64,000 nucleotides of DNA from Zygnema circumcarinatum SAG 698-1b (lineage: Eukaryota; Plantae; Zygnematophyceae): positions 1,178,001-1,242,000 of the forward strand of contig CM074804.1 in the NCBI GenBank assembly GCA_037447605.1. Direction: 5' to 3'. Below are positions 1 through 12,200 of the stretch, piece after piece. The notes beneath the pieces were generated by a model. The model had not been told where the DNA came from. It searched no databases and saw only the letters and a program-made list of their open reading frames with translations. Every line of letters begins with the position of its first letter. Position 1 is the first letter of the stretch. The position numbers and the translations under genes are program-made.

Positions 1-1036
1 TTAGGGTAGAGTTAGGCACGGGATTTAAGGATAGAGTTCAGAATAAGGCTGGAAGCTACGATTGATCGTTACGGTTCGCCATTCGGAATAATATTAGATG
101 AAGTACCACAACAGACTGAGGGGTAGGGTTAGGGTTAGAGATAGAAATAGGGTTGAAAACAAGGTTATGGCAAACAGCGGAAGAGGGACACACTCGACCA
201 CGGGTCCAACATTCGGATGTGATGAGGAAGCGATGCGCGTGCGTTCAATCGCGAGCATGGGCATGGGCATGCTCGCTACGGGCCTGTAACTCCCTCAGTG
301 ACCCCGCCATGGCCGCCAGGAACAGGAAGCTGCTGCCCACCTCCGCCATGGCCCCCGGATGAATGCGTTTCTATGTTCCAGATTCGGCCGCCGTTTCAAA
401 TAATGTGATCCGCAACGGGTACATGCTTGTGTTGATGAAAGTTCCGTTCGTGACGTATTTACGATATATCGGTTCTTATTTCAACGAACGGTATTGTATC
501 GGGATATGGGGCGGTACAGCGGCTATTCAGCCGATTTTTCACATTTTCGCAGTTTTGTGCCATCACCATTCAGCACCAGTCGTCCCATTGAAGGATTTCT
601 CATGCTCACGCAGAAAAAGGAAAGGTGTAATCAGGAAATCAAGTATTTTTTTTTAGGAAAAGTTTAACATATTATTTCTTCTGCCTTTTTTCTGCAGCTT
701 CTCGTTCACATAATCTTTTGTAGTTTGCAATATTGCTGAGGAGGCTACAGTACCACCTCTGCGGGGCATTCAGACCTCTTGACCTTCTGCAGAGAACTCT
801 GAAGTTCACGTTACATTCAAATTTGAAATTTTCCAGCTTGCAGAGATTTCCATTTCCGTTGCTATAAAATTTGAGGAGTATAATCGTCGCGATATCTTCT
901 GGTTTGACTGAATTTGTAGAGACTAAGACTCTGCAAGGTTACGATCAGACTTAGGAGTAGCAGATGTACAGGAGCTGCTAGGGTTGCCATTTCTGCTGGA
1001 ATTTAGGGTTTCTAGCTTCGATAACAATCAGCAAAA

Positions 1037-1572
1037 ATGAGTTCCGTGTCGTCGCCTATCGGCTTCTGGCGCCGCCTTGGTCAGCATCGCTCTTCTCTCG
1101 GAAATGCGGCCATGGCTGCTGCCTGCTGCCTGCTCGCCACTCGCATTATGAGCCAAGAGAGGGAGCTGAGAGCTGCCAGAGAGGCGCGAACTTTGCAGGA
1201 AGAGGAAAAGAAGATGTTGGAGGACCGTCTCCGGTGGCTGCAGGATGCTGTCAACGAGGAGCTAAAACACGGAGGAAAGGATGCGCTTGCAAGAATCGAT
1301 GCGCTCTTTGCGACTTCGCGGCCAGCGGAGGAGAGTGCATCCAAAGAAGGCGTCGCCGGAATCGTTCAAGGTTTGTTGAGGCAAAGATCTTGAGGCAACT
1401 CTCTTCTTAAGGTCGGATCTTTCCGATTGCTCTCTTGTGGGTGGTTTTCCGCAGTGTGTGCTTGAGGCTAGTGATTGCTGTAGAGCTAACAGCGGATGTT
1501 TGCATGCCTGCAGAAGAGGAGAGGAGAGTTCCTAAAGATGGTTCGACGCCCAAGAGGAGGTTCCTCGTGTGA
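1037..1572 (+). CDS. Small uncharacterised protein (~130 aa), hydrophobic N-terminal segment then a coiled-coil; 2 exons (1037-1370, 1514-1572)
   Basis: ORF 1037-1393 has a donor CAAG|GTTTG at 1370/1371. The acceptor CTGCAG| at 1513 gives an in-frame join (393 nt total) ending ...GIVQEEERRVPKDGSTPKRRFLV*. Confidence 0.6.
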
Positions 1573-2579
1573 AGGCAAGTGAGCTTCCCATTTACCACAG
1601 TGGCACCTTTCTCGGTGTGCGTTCTGCATGTGTCTCAGCAGCACCAAAAATAAAACTACTAGTTCAGTTCACTAGTTCACTCACTCCCACTAGTTCAGTT
1701 CATGAAAGTATTCAAGGGGCAAGTCAGGGAAATATAGAACAGAACAGTACATTACAGAACAGTAATTCGTGTGGTCGCCTGTAGCCCTGTTGTCTAGGAA
1801 GTTATTTGCCACGTAGTGAGAAAGTACTGAGGCTAACTTTTTTCCGGGAATCGCTTAGCATTCATCCACAAGGCATCTACGCCTATAGATGGACTTTCTG
1901 GCTCAATGGATGCAAATGAAGTGAGAACTAGGACGTGGCCATCAGACATCCGCATCCAATATCTGGCATGGCGTACCCTGTTGCATGCACCTTTACGCCC
2001 ATGCAAGAACTACAGCAACAGTCCCAAATATGCCTCCCGATCAAACAAGGCCACTTACAGCAGCAAGAAATGTTGGGCTAGACATTCTCATCTATACCAA
2101 ATTCATGATCAAAATGTACAGAATAAGAGTTGGCTTCCACCATATTCTGCACGAATTTGAGCTGCTTATCGCTCGACACGATATCCTTAAGGATAGCTGC
2201 GTTAGAGAATTCAATAGATTGAGGCCAACATGGGAGAGATGTGGCATTGATTTCACGATGGCGATGGCGATGGCGATGGCGATGCCATCAAATGTGCATG
2301 GACAAAATTATCATGGGGAATCACGAAGTAATGGTCGCAAAGGACCTAAGGACAAATGGAAAAAGCTAGGTGTTGAAAGCTACGCCTAGGCTCAACAACA
2401 GCCCGCCAACCAGCCTCAATAGATTGAAGTAAACTAAAAAATTTAGCAAGCGTAGCCAAATATTCACACGGCAGAAGTTTTTACAGCGAAGTTTCAGCTA
2501 ATACACAAAATCAAAACTGTAGTGAGGACTATCAAGGAGCGCTCTAGCATTAACCTCTCGCTCTCCCTCTCTCTGAGTC

Positions 2580-4729
2580 CTATTTTGGCTTATTTGCAGC
2601 GGTCAGAAGCGTGGCCAGCAGAACAATGCCCCCTCCCACATAGCCCAGCGGCGCAATCTGCTCTCCAAGCAGAATGGATGCAAAGCCTGCTGCCCACATC
2701 GGCTGAAGAGAGTACAAAACCTGCCACACAAAATATTACTATCAGAAACTTTCCAAACGCAAAAGAGGACACTTGTCCACCTATTCAACGTTTTAGGGCT
2801 CCCATTCCAGGGTTTCCAGTTGCAGGGCTTCCCGTTGAAGGGTTTCCATTTGTAAGATTTCGGCTTTAAGGTTTCCGGTTGTAGGGTGTCCAGTTTTAAG
2901 GTTCCCAGTTTCAGAGCTCCCAGTATTAGGGTTTCCAATCTTGGGGTTCCGTAGCTCGTACCTGCGCCTCAGCCGGAGCGACCACACTCTGTCCTTTTGC
3001 CTGCGCAAGCGTGGCCCCGGCTCCACACACGACTCCCGAAACAAAAATGGCCAACAAAACTTTCCCCTCCTTCCACCCCTCCCACACGCTGTCGAGAGAG
3101 TCCCCTGCAATGCAAGGAGTAGAACGCAGCTCTGAATGGTTCTCTTGCTTTTTAGGGTTCACAGTGGCAGTTTCAAAGTTCCAGAATTCTAGAGTTTGAC
3201 GGTTTCATCTATGAGGACTCACCGCTCTCGAGTATGTTGTGGAGATCTGCTCCCATAACAAGTGTAGCTAAGGAGAGGGCCACCGTCATATTGGCTGTCG
3301 AGAGCTGCACAGCCGGAACCTTCTTGGCGTGCACGCCCAAACGGAATGTGGTGAGAGCATAGAACACAGCAGCAGCCAGAATGGCCGAGTCGCCCAAAAG
3401 GGATGAATCCACAAGACACATGGCGCCTCTGCCAACCAATCCGCAGTCAGCACGTGAAGTTATGAACCAAAGTAAAGGGAACCAAAGAGAAAGGTGACGT
3501 GGCCAACAGGTGGATGGCATGCTCAGTTAAGGACACTAAGGAGGAGTGTAGGTTTTCCTTTAGACTTTAGAGTAGTCTATACTGAAAACAAGAATACTAG
3601 AGGCCTCCTCCTCCTATCCCCCTTATGTCGTTTCCCCTTCCTCTCACCCTCACTCTATCCCTCCCCCCCACTCTCTATCGTTTTCCCTGCAGCCCTATCT
3701 CTGTACTTGATGCACACAAGGCTCCAGTTCATGTAAAGCTCCCATTCATCAGACGTTAACAACCCGCAGCCCAACCCAACCCACCCAGTTTTCACGCTAT
3801 CCTATCCCAAAGAGGCGTTTTGCGAGCACACCTACTGTTGGATGCGAGGCATTCGGTGACAACTCACGTACACATGGCCGCGGTGTTTACAGGGTCTGCC
3901 ACATCGGCCATCATCATTTCCGCCATGGCAGCGCTGCCTCCTACATCCATGACATCATCATCAACATGATCTCCTCCTCCATCGCCCCCCAGGTTCGAAG
4001 AGAAGGTCAGCAGCACAATTCCGCCGAGAGCCAATGCAGCTGCCGCCCATGTTGAAGCCGCAATTTCATCTCCAGAAAAGGAGGCCATTAAAGGTACGAG
4101 AATGCTCTTCAGTTGCAGTTCAAACCCGCCCCGGGTCGCGCTCGTGTACTCTAACCCTACAGTCTGGCCCACACCTTCAAAAAACTTCACATTCAGATTG
4201 CAGTAACCAGAGCTACCTAGTATATCTCGCACCTCAGGCATGCGAATTGCATACTTAGGTTCCGGTTTGAGTCCTCATACGTTATCCAGTCTCGGTAGAT
4301 ATCCAAGGATGTCGCATAGTGGAACTGGCTCGACACAAAACATTATCTAAAGCGTTACATTTCAAGAGGATTTTGAAACATTCTCCGTAAGCTTCCTTTT
4401 TCTCTGACCTGACAAGTTGTACCCATGAAAGTCCACAACCCAATTTCCGCTCCGGCGAGCCACACCGCCTTGTCATTCACCCAACTCCTCGCCTTCTCCA
4501 CATATTGCGCGGAGGCTTCTGCGCTATGAGATGACGGGGATGAAGATGAGGCTTGCTGTCGCTGCAAGAGCAGCAGGAAAAGGAAAGTTGCTACAGAAAA
4601 AGCTGCACCAGAAATCCAGAATACAGATGATGGTTAATTGCTCGATCGGTCGCTCGGCAGATGCACTTGGAAACGCCCCACGGAGAGAGCGAGAGAGAGC
4701 GAGAGAGAGCGAGAGAGAGCGAGAGAGAA

Positions 4730-4806
<77 letters not shown>

Positions 4807-5715
4807 AGGGGTGGAGAGAGGAAGTGGAAAGGAGAGAGGGAGCGAGTAAGCGAGAGAACGAGGTGCAAGAGGGGAGAAGAGGGAGAACAGGAGAGGTAGA
4901 AAAAGAGAGATGGTAGGGATAGAGAGGCAAAGAAAAGAGAATAGGAGGAGAGCGGAGGGAGAAAAGGAGAACAATTCACCTTTGCGAAGAAAGACAACAA
5001 TCGTGGGCCGAGGCGGTCCCGGCTGCGACAAAATAAACCTAACAACTACTCCATTTAGTCCCCATAAAAGTGGTACAAAAAACAATAGCGCTCTCCCTAC
5101 TGCCATATCTATACCTCCACTTCCTCCCTCCTCCATGGCTAATCCTCCGTCCTTCAACCCATTAATCCCCGCTACCTGACTTTCCCTGCTGCCCTCAAAC
5201 CCAGCTTCAAAGTGTGGCTCTTTTTGAAGGCTAGTTTCACTACCTCGCTTAGTTATTTCTGTTCTGACATCCGGACTTAGATATTCCTCTCCGTTTCCGT
5301 CATCTCCTCCTCCACCTGGTCGAGAGGCTCTGACAAGAAAGCCTGCAGATCTGAGAATTTTTCTTCCTCCGATGATACACGTGCCACAAAGCAATACCCC
5401 ATTTGTACCCCTCGGATCATTTGAATTATTTACATTCACCCGTTCTCCCCTGCGTCTTCTATTGCTGCAAGCAGTAATACATCTTCGTTTTTCGGGTCCA
5501 AAAACTACATTTGCAGGTCGCCCCACGGGAACGGTTTCAGAACTGCCACACGGAAACCTTAACATCCCTCCACACACCACTAATATTTGAGCAATACATC
5601 TGCACTTGAGCATGGAGCTCTTATTATTCACAAAACATCGTCTGTAATTAACGTTTTCAATTGAAGCACTCTCTAAAGAGACAGTTGGCAGTCCACCCAT
5701 TTGAATGGAAGCCAT
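2580..5715 (-). CDS. EamA/DMT-family (drug/metabolite) transporter with transit-peptide-like N-terminus; multi-exon; apparent frameshift near 4525
   Basis: Exons read RALLFFVPLLWGLNGVVVRFIL (to ~4980), WLAGAEIGLWTFMGTTCQ (~4420), GLEYTSATRGGF..ALALGGIVLLT (~4150-4000), GDSAILAAAVFYALTTFRLG (~3390), GAGATLAQAKGQSVVAPAEAQ (~3000), VLYSLQPMWAAGFASILLGEQIAPLGYVGGGIVLLATLL..* (2720-2580). These are typical EamA repeat motifs. ATG at 5715 in ccATGG context. Confidence 0.85.
2800..2945 (+). repeat. Degenerate ~15-nt period minisatellite (AGGGTTTCCAGTTGC-like) in EamA intron
   Basis: About 9 units such as agggtttccagttgc / agggcttcccgttga / agggtttccatttgt / aaggtttccggttgt / agggtgtccagtttt / aaggttcccagtttc. 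Confidence 0.7.
4683..4799 (+). repeat. (GA)n microsatellite in EamA intron 1
   Basis: Near-perfect GA run with a few GAGC interruptions. Confidence 0.95.
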
Positions 5716-5924
5716 GGATCTCATAATCATATCTTGACAAGTATTTACATGCACTGGAGACTAAAAATGTAGGGCCATAAAAGAGTTTGATATGAACGAC
5801 AATAAGGGGGGTGAGAAGGAGGACGGCTCTGCGAAGGAGCGGGCAGCCATGGCTGAAGTGGGAGAGATGATGAATGTGAGAGAGAAAGTGAGGGCAGAGA
5901 GGAAGATAGCACCTCCACTCTGAT

Positions 5925-6075
5925 ACAGTACCGTATAATCCTGTACAGTTCCGTGCCGTGCCGTACAGTGCCGTACTTTCGTACGGTCCAAAGGAGCAAG
6001 GCAATCGTACGGTCGTTCTGTGCGTTTCCGTACGCTTTCGTACGAGATTTCCGGGATGAAACTCAGCCGTACGAT
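5925..6075. promoter_or_regulatory. Dense (C)GTAC array upstream of the EamA gene
   Basis: 9 GTAC cores in ~150 bp, mostly CCGTAC/TCGTAC. Confidence 0.5.
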
Positions 6076-6582
6076 GTGGCGATGGCGATGGGAGGGGAGG
6101 CCAGAGGCATCCTCTGTTGCTCGTTTCCTTATGTTTCTTTCTTTTTTCATTTTTTAGAATTTTTTGAAAATGACGCGTTTTGTTCCGCTATCATTGCTCA
6201 GTTTGAGACGAGAAACTCTGCAACAGCAGGAGGCCGTCTGACGGATAAAAAAATATTTTTTTTTACGATTAAGCCTTCTCCCCTCTAATGTGAGAACAGC
6301 ACGAGAGACCCCTCTGGCGGGTACGAATATCCTCCTTCTCGTAGCCATTATTTTTCTTTAGAAAATTTTCTTTAGAAATAGAAACGGAAACTCTGATCAA
6401 GAATCTGAAAGCCAACCTGATCACACAACTAGAGGAGTTCTCATGAAAAGCTTGAACAAAAAAGAAAAAAAAAATGAATAAATAAGAAAAAAAAAATTAC
6501 AGGAGCATGCCCTCCTCCCTCCTCTCTCCTCTCCCCTCTCTCCCCCACTCCTCGACCCCCGACCAGCCTCCATCACCCGCGC

Positions 6583-8713
6583 TCAAGAAGGCTCCTCCTT
6601 TTGTTGAGGCGTGGGCCGAACCATCAAGTACAGGGCGAGCCCAAAAAAGGGAACATAACGAACCTTTTCCAAAAACCCTCCAACAAACCCCCCCTCGTCT
6701 CCCTCAGCGCTGCCCCGCAGATTGTCGCCAATGAGCCACGCTTGGAAGAAGGCGTACAGGACCACATCAAAGAGGAAGGCGTACGCCACGCGATCTGCGG
6801 AGACATAGTCGATGAAGTACTGCCACCTGTCTTGTAATCCTCCAAACCCGCCCTCCGGTCGACCCCCAACAAACCACGAGAGCGAAACGAGGCCAACGAC
6901 AAACCCAACGGCTCCGAACACTTTGGCATTTGCAGCGAGGCTTTGGGTGTAGCCCCGCTCGAGGGAAGAGAGCAGGCTGAAGGGAGGGGGAGGGGGAGGG
7001 GGAGGAGGGGGAGAGGGGGCTCGCTTGGGGGGCAATGGCTGAAGGCGCAATGCCATGTAAGGGATGAGAAACACTGCACGCCCCAGTGGTTACCGGAGTC
7101 AGCTTCGAGGAGGGAGGGGNNNNNNNNNNGGAGGGAGGGAGGGAGGGAGGGAGGAAGGAGGGAGGGAGGGAGAGAGAGAGAGTTCATTTTTAAATTTTGT
7201 TTTTTTTTTTGGACAGAAAACTAAAGAGGTGGTTTTGCTTAGTAGCTTGTGGACCCAGCACGAAGACACGAGAAGGGTCTTTTTCCATCCATGGAAAAGG
7301 TTTCAAGGGACTGAAAAAGTACCGTTGGTAAGAAACATTTGCGCGCTCCACAGAAGAGCAACAGAGCCCCCCCAACGCTCGCGCTTACTGTCCGTAGCGA
7401 GCAACGGAGCAAACATAAAGCTCCATGCGTTGATGAGGTTGAAGAGGCTCTCTGATGTCTGCATCTTCTCAAACCCATCTCCCAGCCCTTAGATACCACA
7501 ATTTCCAAGCTGAGCAAGGCGGGTGGCAAAGAGGGGAAGTAAGGGAGAAAGGAAGGCACATAACTTTCCAACCACTTTTTTTTTTTTTTTAATCACTTAT
7601 CACTCACCGGATGAACTATAGGAGCCTGCATGTAATCCACCCCCACTGCATATCTCACCCATCCCAAAGGACAAATCAGAAAATTGCAAGAGGAGAGGGA
7701 GGAGGGCATGGAAAGAACAGCAGAGAAGCGTGGACTGAGGTAGGGAGAGTGAGGCAGAAGAGAGGGAGCGAGAGATTGATGAGCAGAAGTGGGAAGATCA
7801 GAGGAAATGGGGGGGCCGATAAATGTGAGGAGGGAAGGAGAGCAACAGAGAGGACAGCAATGGAGAGGGTGGGCGAGAGATAAGGAGGGGATATTAATGC
7901 AAAACAAAGGAACTCACGTGAATTAGCCGCGGGCAGGATAAAAAAGAAATTAAGAGAAAGGTCCAATAAGTCACTTATAGTTTCCGGTTTGATTGCCCAA
8001 ACAGGATCTCCCTGGAGAGGCCCCACCACCGAAAAAAAAAATCCATATATGAAACTGAAACTGGAAACTGAAATATTGAAACTGAAACTTGAACTGAAAC
8101 TTGAACTGAAACTGGAAGCAGACTCCGAAGTTGAATTTCTGTGTTCCGTTTCAGCTACGCCACAAATAGACCACATTGCAGGTTTAGCATCATTTGGGTC
8201 TAAGGCCTTCCTATCCTAAGCATGCCTAAAAACGAGAGAGTGATGGGAAGGTAAGGAAACGGATTGCATGAGGAAGAGGATGAGAGCGAGAGAGTGAAAA
8301 AAAGGTCGTAGGGAGAGAGACAAGAGGAGAGGTACCGGAGCATAGGGCAGCAAAAAGAGCCAGAGAGAGTAAGCTGCGTAGACCCCCCACAGCCCTGCTC
8401 GCAGCCCGCCCTCCGCATCCTCCTGCCCTCCTTCCCCCGGCTCCGCCTCTGCCCTTGCAGGGAATAGGGCTCCACGATTTAGGGATAGACTGTTTGAAAC
8501 AGCAGGCCGAGAGAAAGGGAACAGGGGGGCACGTCGGAGAGAAGAAACGCTGCCGAAAGCCTCAGCTTTTTCAGGGTTCAGAATTCTCTGGGAAAATGCA
8601 GGAGTAGCAGAGCGGAGAGAGCAGATGAGGGAGGGTGCGGGAGGAGAATGGCGGGCGGGGAGAGAGGGCTGCGACCATGGACCCGCTGAGAGGAGAGGGG
8701 AGACTACCGCCAT
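6583..8713 (-). CDS. Conserved plant multi-pass membrane protein with transit-peptide-like N-terminus (resembles Arabidopsis At2g04360 family); 5 exons
   Basis: Spliced reading: MAVVSPLL..LWLFLLPYAP | GDPVWAIKPETISDLLDLSLNFFFILPAANS | VGVDYMQAPIVHP | TSESLFNLINAWSFMFAPLLATDSKRERWGGSVALLWSAQMFLTN | VFLIPYMALRL..DRVAYAFLFDVVLYAFFQAWLIGDNL..YVPFFGLALYL*. GT-AG junctions at ~8336, ~8013/7920, ~7650/7610, ~7460/7325, 7073. Confidence 0.85.
7120..7129. other. Assembly gap (10 N) within a GGAG repeat
   Basis: N run in the sequence. Confidence 1.
8052..8115 (+). repeat. (GAAACT)-like hexamer repeat, intronic
   Basis: gaaactgaaactggaaactgaaatattgaaactgaaacttgaactgaaacttgaactgaaactg. Confidence 0.8.
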
Positions 8714-8966
8714 GGCTTCCCCTGCCCCTGCCTTCCACCGCATGGCCCCATGGGGCCCATGGGAGGCTGTAGTTTGAATCGATTTTGCTCTAGTCCGCAT
8801 ATCGGTCTCAGTGCGGATACCATACTGTATCGATGGATTGGCGATGTTTCAATTTTCGTATCGGAAATGATAAATTTCATATATCGGTCACCGTATCGGA
8901 TATCGGATATCACATGGAGGTGCTTGGCCCCAGACCCAGAGGGAGAGTTGTGGCGAGGGAGGAAGA

Positions 8967-9080
8967 GGGAGAGGGGAGAGGGAGAGGGAGAGGGAGAGGG
9001 AGAGGGAGAGGGAGAGGGAGAGGGAGAGGGAGAGGGAGAGGGAGGGAGAGGGAGAGGGAGAGGGAGAGGGGGAGGGAGAG
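8967..9080 (+). repeat. (GAGGGA)n hexamer repeat upstream of DIS3L2 ATG
   Basis: Direct inspection. Confidence 0.9.
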
Positions 9081-9261
9081 GAAGAGGGAGTGGAGGCGGG
9101 GGAGAGGCGGGGAGAGGAAAGATGAGAGAGAGGCGCAGGAAGAGAGCGAGAGCGTCAAGACGCTAGTGAGAAAGCGAGGCAGGAGACGGGATTAGGGCGG
9201 AGCTTCGGGCGGAAGAAGACAGGAAGCGGGGCTTGGAGGAAAGGGAGTAAGGCTGGAGGCC

Positions 9262-12200
9262 ATGGATTCCCCTTCTGAATTTAGCGCTGGCAAAGAAGGG
9301 AAAGTGCGTTTAACGAAAAGACGGAGGGGCTCACGGAGGAGCTCTGCCTCCTCATCAAAGGACCTTTCAGGGACCGTCCTGCAGGCCGTGGCTGAAGGCA
9401 AGCCAGTCCTCACATAAATTGACCTCCTTCTTTGCTTTTAGGATTTCCAGTTCTATAGTTTCCATGTTTAGTTTTTCCTTTTGCTCCCCTTTGTTTTTTT
9501 TTTTTCCTTACTGTTGCTGTACCGTGTGTCAGTGCCACTTCTGCAGCCAAACGCACTCGACTGTGGTCGTGGAGTCCTATTTGTAGAGTGTCCGTTGCCA
9601 GAATTTCCTCCCGTTCCCCTTCTCCCGGCTAACCCTGATGTCAGCAGCAGGCTTGCTTATCAGCTCCAACATGCCTTCCAAATAAATAGGTTTCCCTTTT
9701 GGGATTCTCTCGTCAAACCGTGGCTTCATACCTGAAAATCCTGCACTGCATGTCTACGCATGTGCAGGCGTTTTTCCTGCCGGAGGTCCCATCGGCGCAG
9801 AGAAGTATTGTTCCGCGATTGAGAGCCCACCCCCTCATCAAGTTCCTCTACCTAGTGTGAATATCATTCCTGAACGTTCTCGAGACTCGTATCTGCAGAA
9901 GACTCTCTTTGGAGACCGAACGCCACCACCAAAAACTTGCACCTCTGAAAAATCTACACCTTCGATATCTTCAGCTTCACCTCCTGCGTGTTCAGATGCC
10001 CTTCCTTCAAGTGCGTGTCAAGTGCCGACTTTTCCGACTCCGACTTCAATTTTAGCATCTTCACATTCTCCTTCTTCGATCACAGAACCGGTAAAACCTC
10101 CTACTTATGAAAATGGTCGTCGGACTTCTCCGCCAACTGCTAAGCCCCAAGCACTTCTCAACGTTTCCCTTCTCAGTGCAGCTCTTAGTCGAAAAGAGTT
10201 TCAGTCTTCAAAGGAAGTCGGGGCGAATTCGCTCCCACCAACCAAGGTAGTCGATAAGCTGCCTATGTTAGATATATACTCTACTACTCATAAAGGAAGC
10301 GTTCCTTCACAACCTTCCTTTAGGAAGGAACTGAATGTGCCGCAAGGGGTCATTTTTGAGCACCCTCTGCCACATAAGGAGGCAACTTTACTTCTTCCAT
10401 CTCCTCAGCCGGATCCCTCTTGTAATATTTTCTCCAAAAAGCAGCAGAAGCATCGGAATTTTGACAGGAAGTCGGATCCACATGTGCCAATTTCCGTCAG
10501 CAGTCCTATTAACGTTATTTCCAACGCCCCTCCGACTAGTCCGGAAACCCCGCTACACGAGGCAGATTGTAAAATATCTTCTTTACCGAAGTCTTCTCCC
10601 AAATCGCTACCTCAATATGATGGCGTTCGGAAAGCCGATTCGGGACGAAAGTCTATTTTTCCTGACCATTTATCCGCCGCAGAAGTCAGTTCAGGGATTA
10701 AGGTATGTTTTTTTGTCCTTCAGGTGAATGTATAACACTTGGAAACGGCTCGTTCATGCCCTTACTCTTAAAGAGGGAGAGGAAGTAGTCGTAAAAAGTG
10801 TGACCAGAACTGACCCTTTTTGCTGCGCGACTGTTTTGTGTTGCAGAGTGGCCGACTTTTTCGTTCAAGTTTTCGAGTGAATGCGTATAATCGATTTGAG
10901 GTACTGCATGAGAAGGGGCATGGGATTTTGGAGGTTGCGATGATGAGAATGTTGATATGTTGATGACAGACCTGGAGAATGTGCGCTTTAGGAAGTTGTT
11001 GCGCAAGATTCGCATTTTTTAGTGTTTGGGTTGCTCGCCTGAGTTAAATCCAGTTAAATCCTGTTCTTCTCATTTCCCCCTTTTTTTTTCTTCATCATTT
11101 CTGTGGTGGTTGGGGATTGGGCGTGCTCGTAGGCATACGTAACTTTGGAGGGCCTCGCCATCGATGTGCTGATATTTGGAAACACGGCTCAAAACAGAGC
11201 GGTAAGCATGTGCAGTAAGGGGTTTAGCGCACCATCATGTTCTTTCACTGCTTATGGATTTTGTGTCAGATTAAGGCGGTCTTTCTGTGAGTGTTCAGTT
11301 TTAATTGTTTTCTTCTCGATTTTGCCTCCGCGATTGGATGCAGATTGAGGGTGACATTGTCGCCATTGAAATTGATCCCCACCACGTGTGGCCCAAGGTG
11401 AAGGGTGCGAAGAAAGGGAAAGAATACAACGATCTCAATGGGGTTCAGTTAAAGAAATTTGAAAGACTCTCCTTGGAGGAAATGGAGCCGGAAACGGAGA
11501 ATGCGAATGGTTTTGCTGCAGCTTCGGCAGGAGGTGAAGGAGAGCAGCAGCAGGAAGTGCAAGCAGGAGTTCACATCCCTAACTTATCCGAGTCGGAATG
11601 GGGGACTCCCTTCAATTCAGAACCCGACTCTTTCTCGGAGGGTAGCCCGCTTTTGTCTCGCTTTCATTGTAGTCAACAAAGCAAAGATGAATCCAGATTA
11701 CGAGGGGGGAAAGTAAGCAGCATTGGATTGAACGTTGGAAGGGAAGCGGAGAATGGGACAGAGGGGAGGGATGAAGTTGGTATTGGTAACAAAGAAGAGG
11801 GGAAGAATGTGAAGGCCTCCATTGTAGAAGCCGTACTTAAAGATTCATCAAAGCGGCCGTCCGGAAGAGTGGTTGCCATATTGGAACCTTCGCAAAGACG
11901 GGAGACTTTAGTGGGATTCCTTGAACTGCAAGAACGGAAGAGGGATAAGAAAGTGAAGGAGGACAAGGAGAAGAAGAAGAAAAAGGGCAAGGAGGTGTCT
12001 GAGGGGGCAGGTAAGGGCATTCATGGCACTCCTTTGAAGAAAGTCGATGCAGATTCACCTTCCTTTACGCAGCTTTTTTAAGTAAAGAAGGACCTCCTTT
12101 TGTTGGCATCTTCAATTTTTTTGTTTCTTGTCATATCTTTCAAACCTTATTCCAACTCGCAACGCCATTCATGCAGGCGCTTTTTCGAATTCCTCGGAAG

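Noticed and set aside
150-349. Possible minus-strand gene start (gccATGGCG at 349) running toward the window edge
   Set aside because: The frame closes after ~34 aa, with no recognisable domain or confident splice path.
1985-2389. 134-aa + ORF and a short minus-strand exon-like stretch (ILKDIVSSDKQ..FGIDENV*)
   Set aside because: It lies in the EamA downstream region, has no recognisable family, and partly overlaps a dispersed repeat.
4524-5045. SLSLSL/RERERE ORFs here and at many other sites
   Set aside because: These are translations of GA/CT microsatellites.
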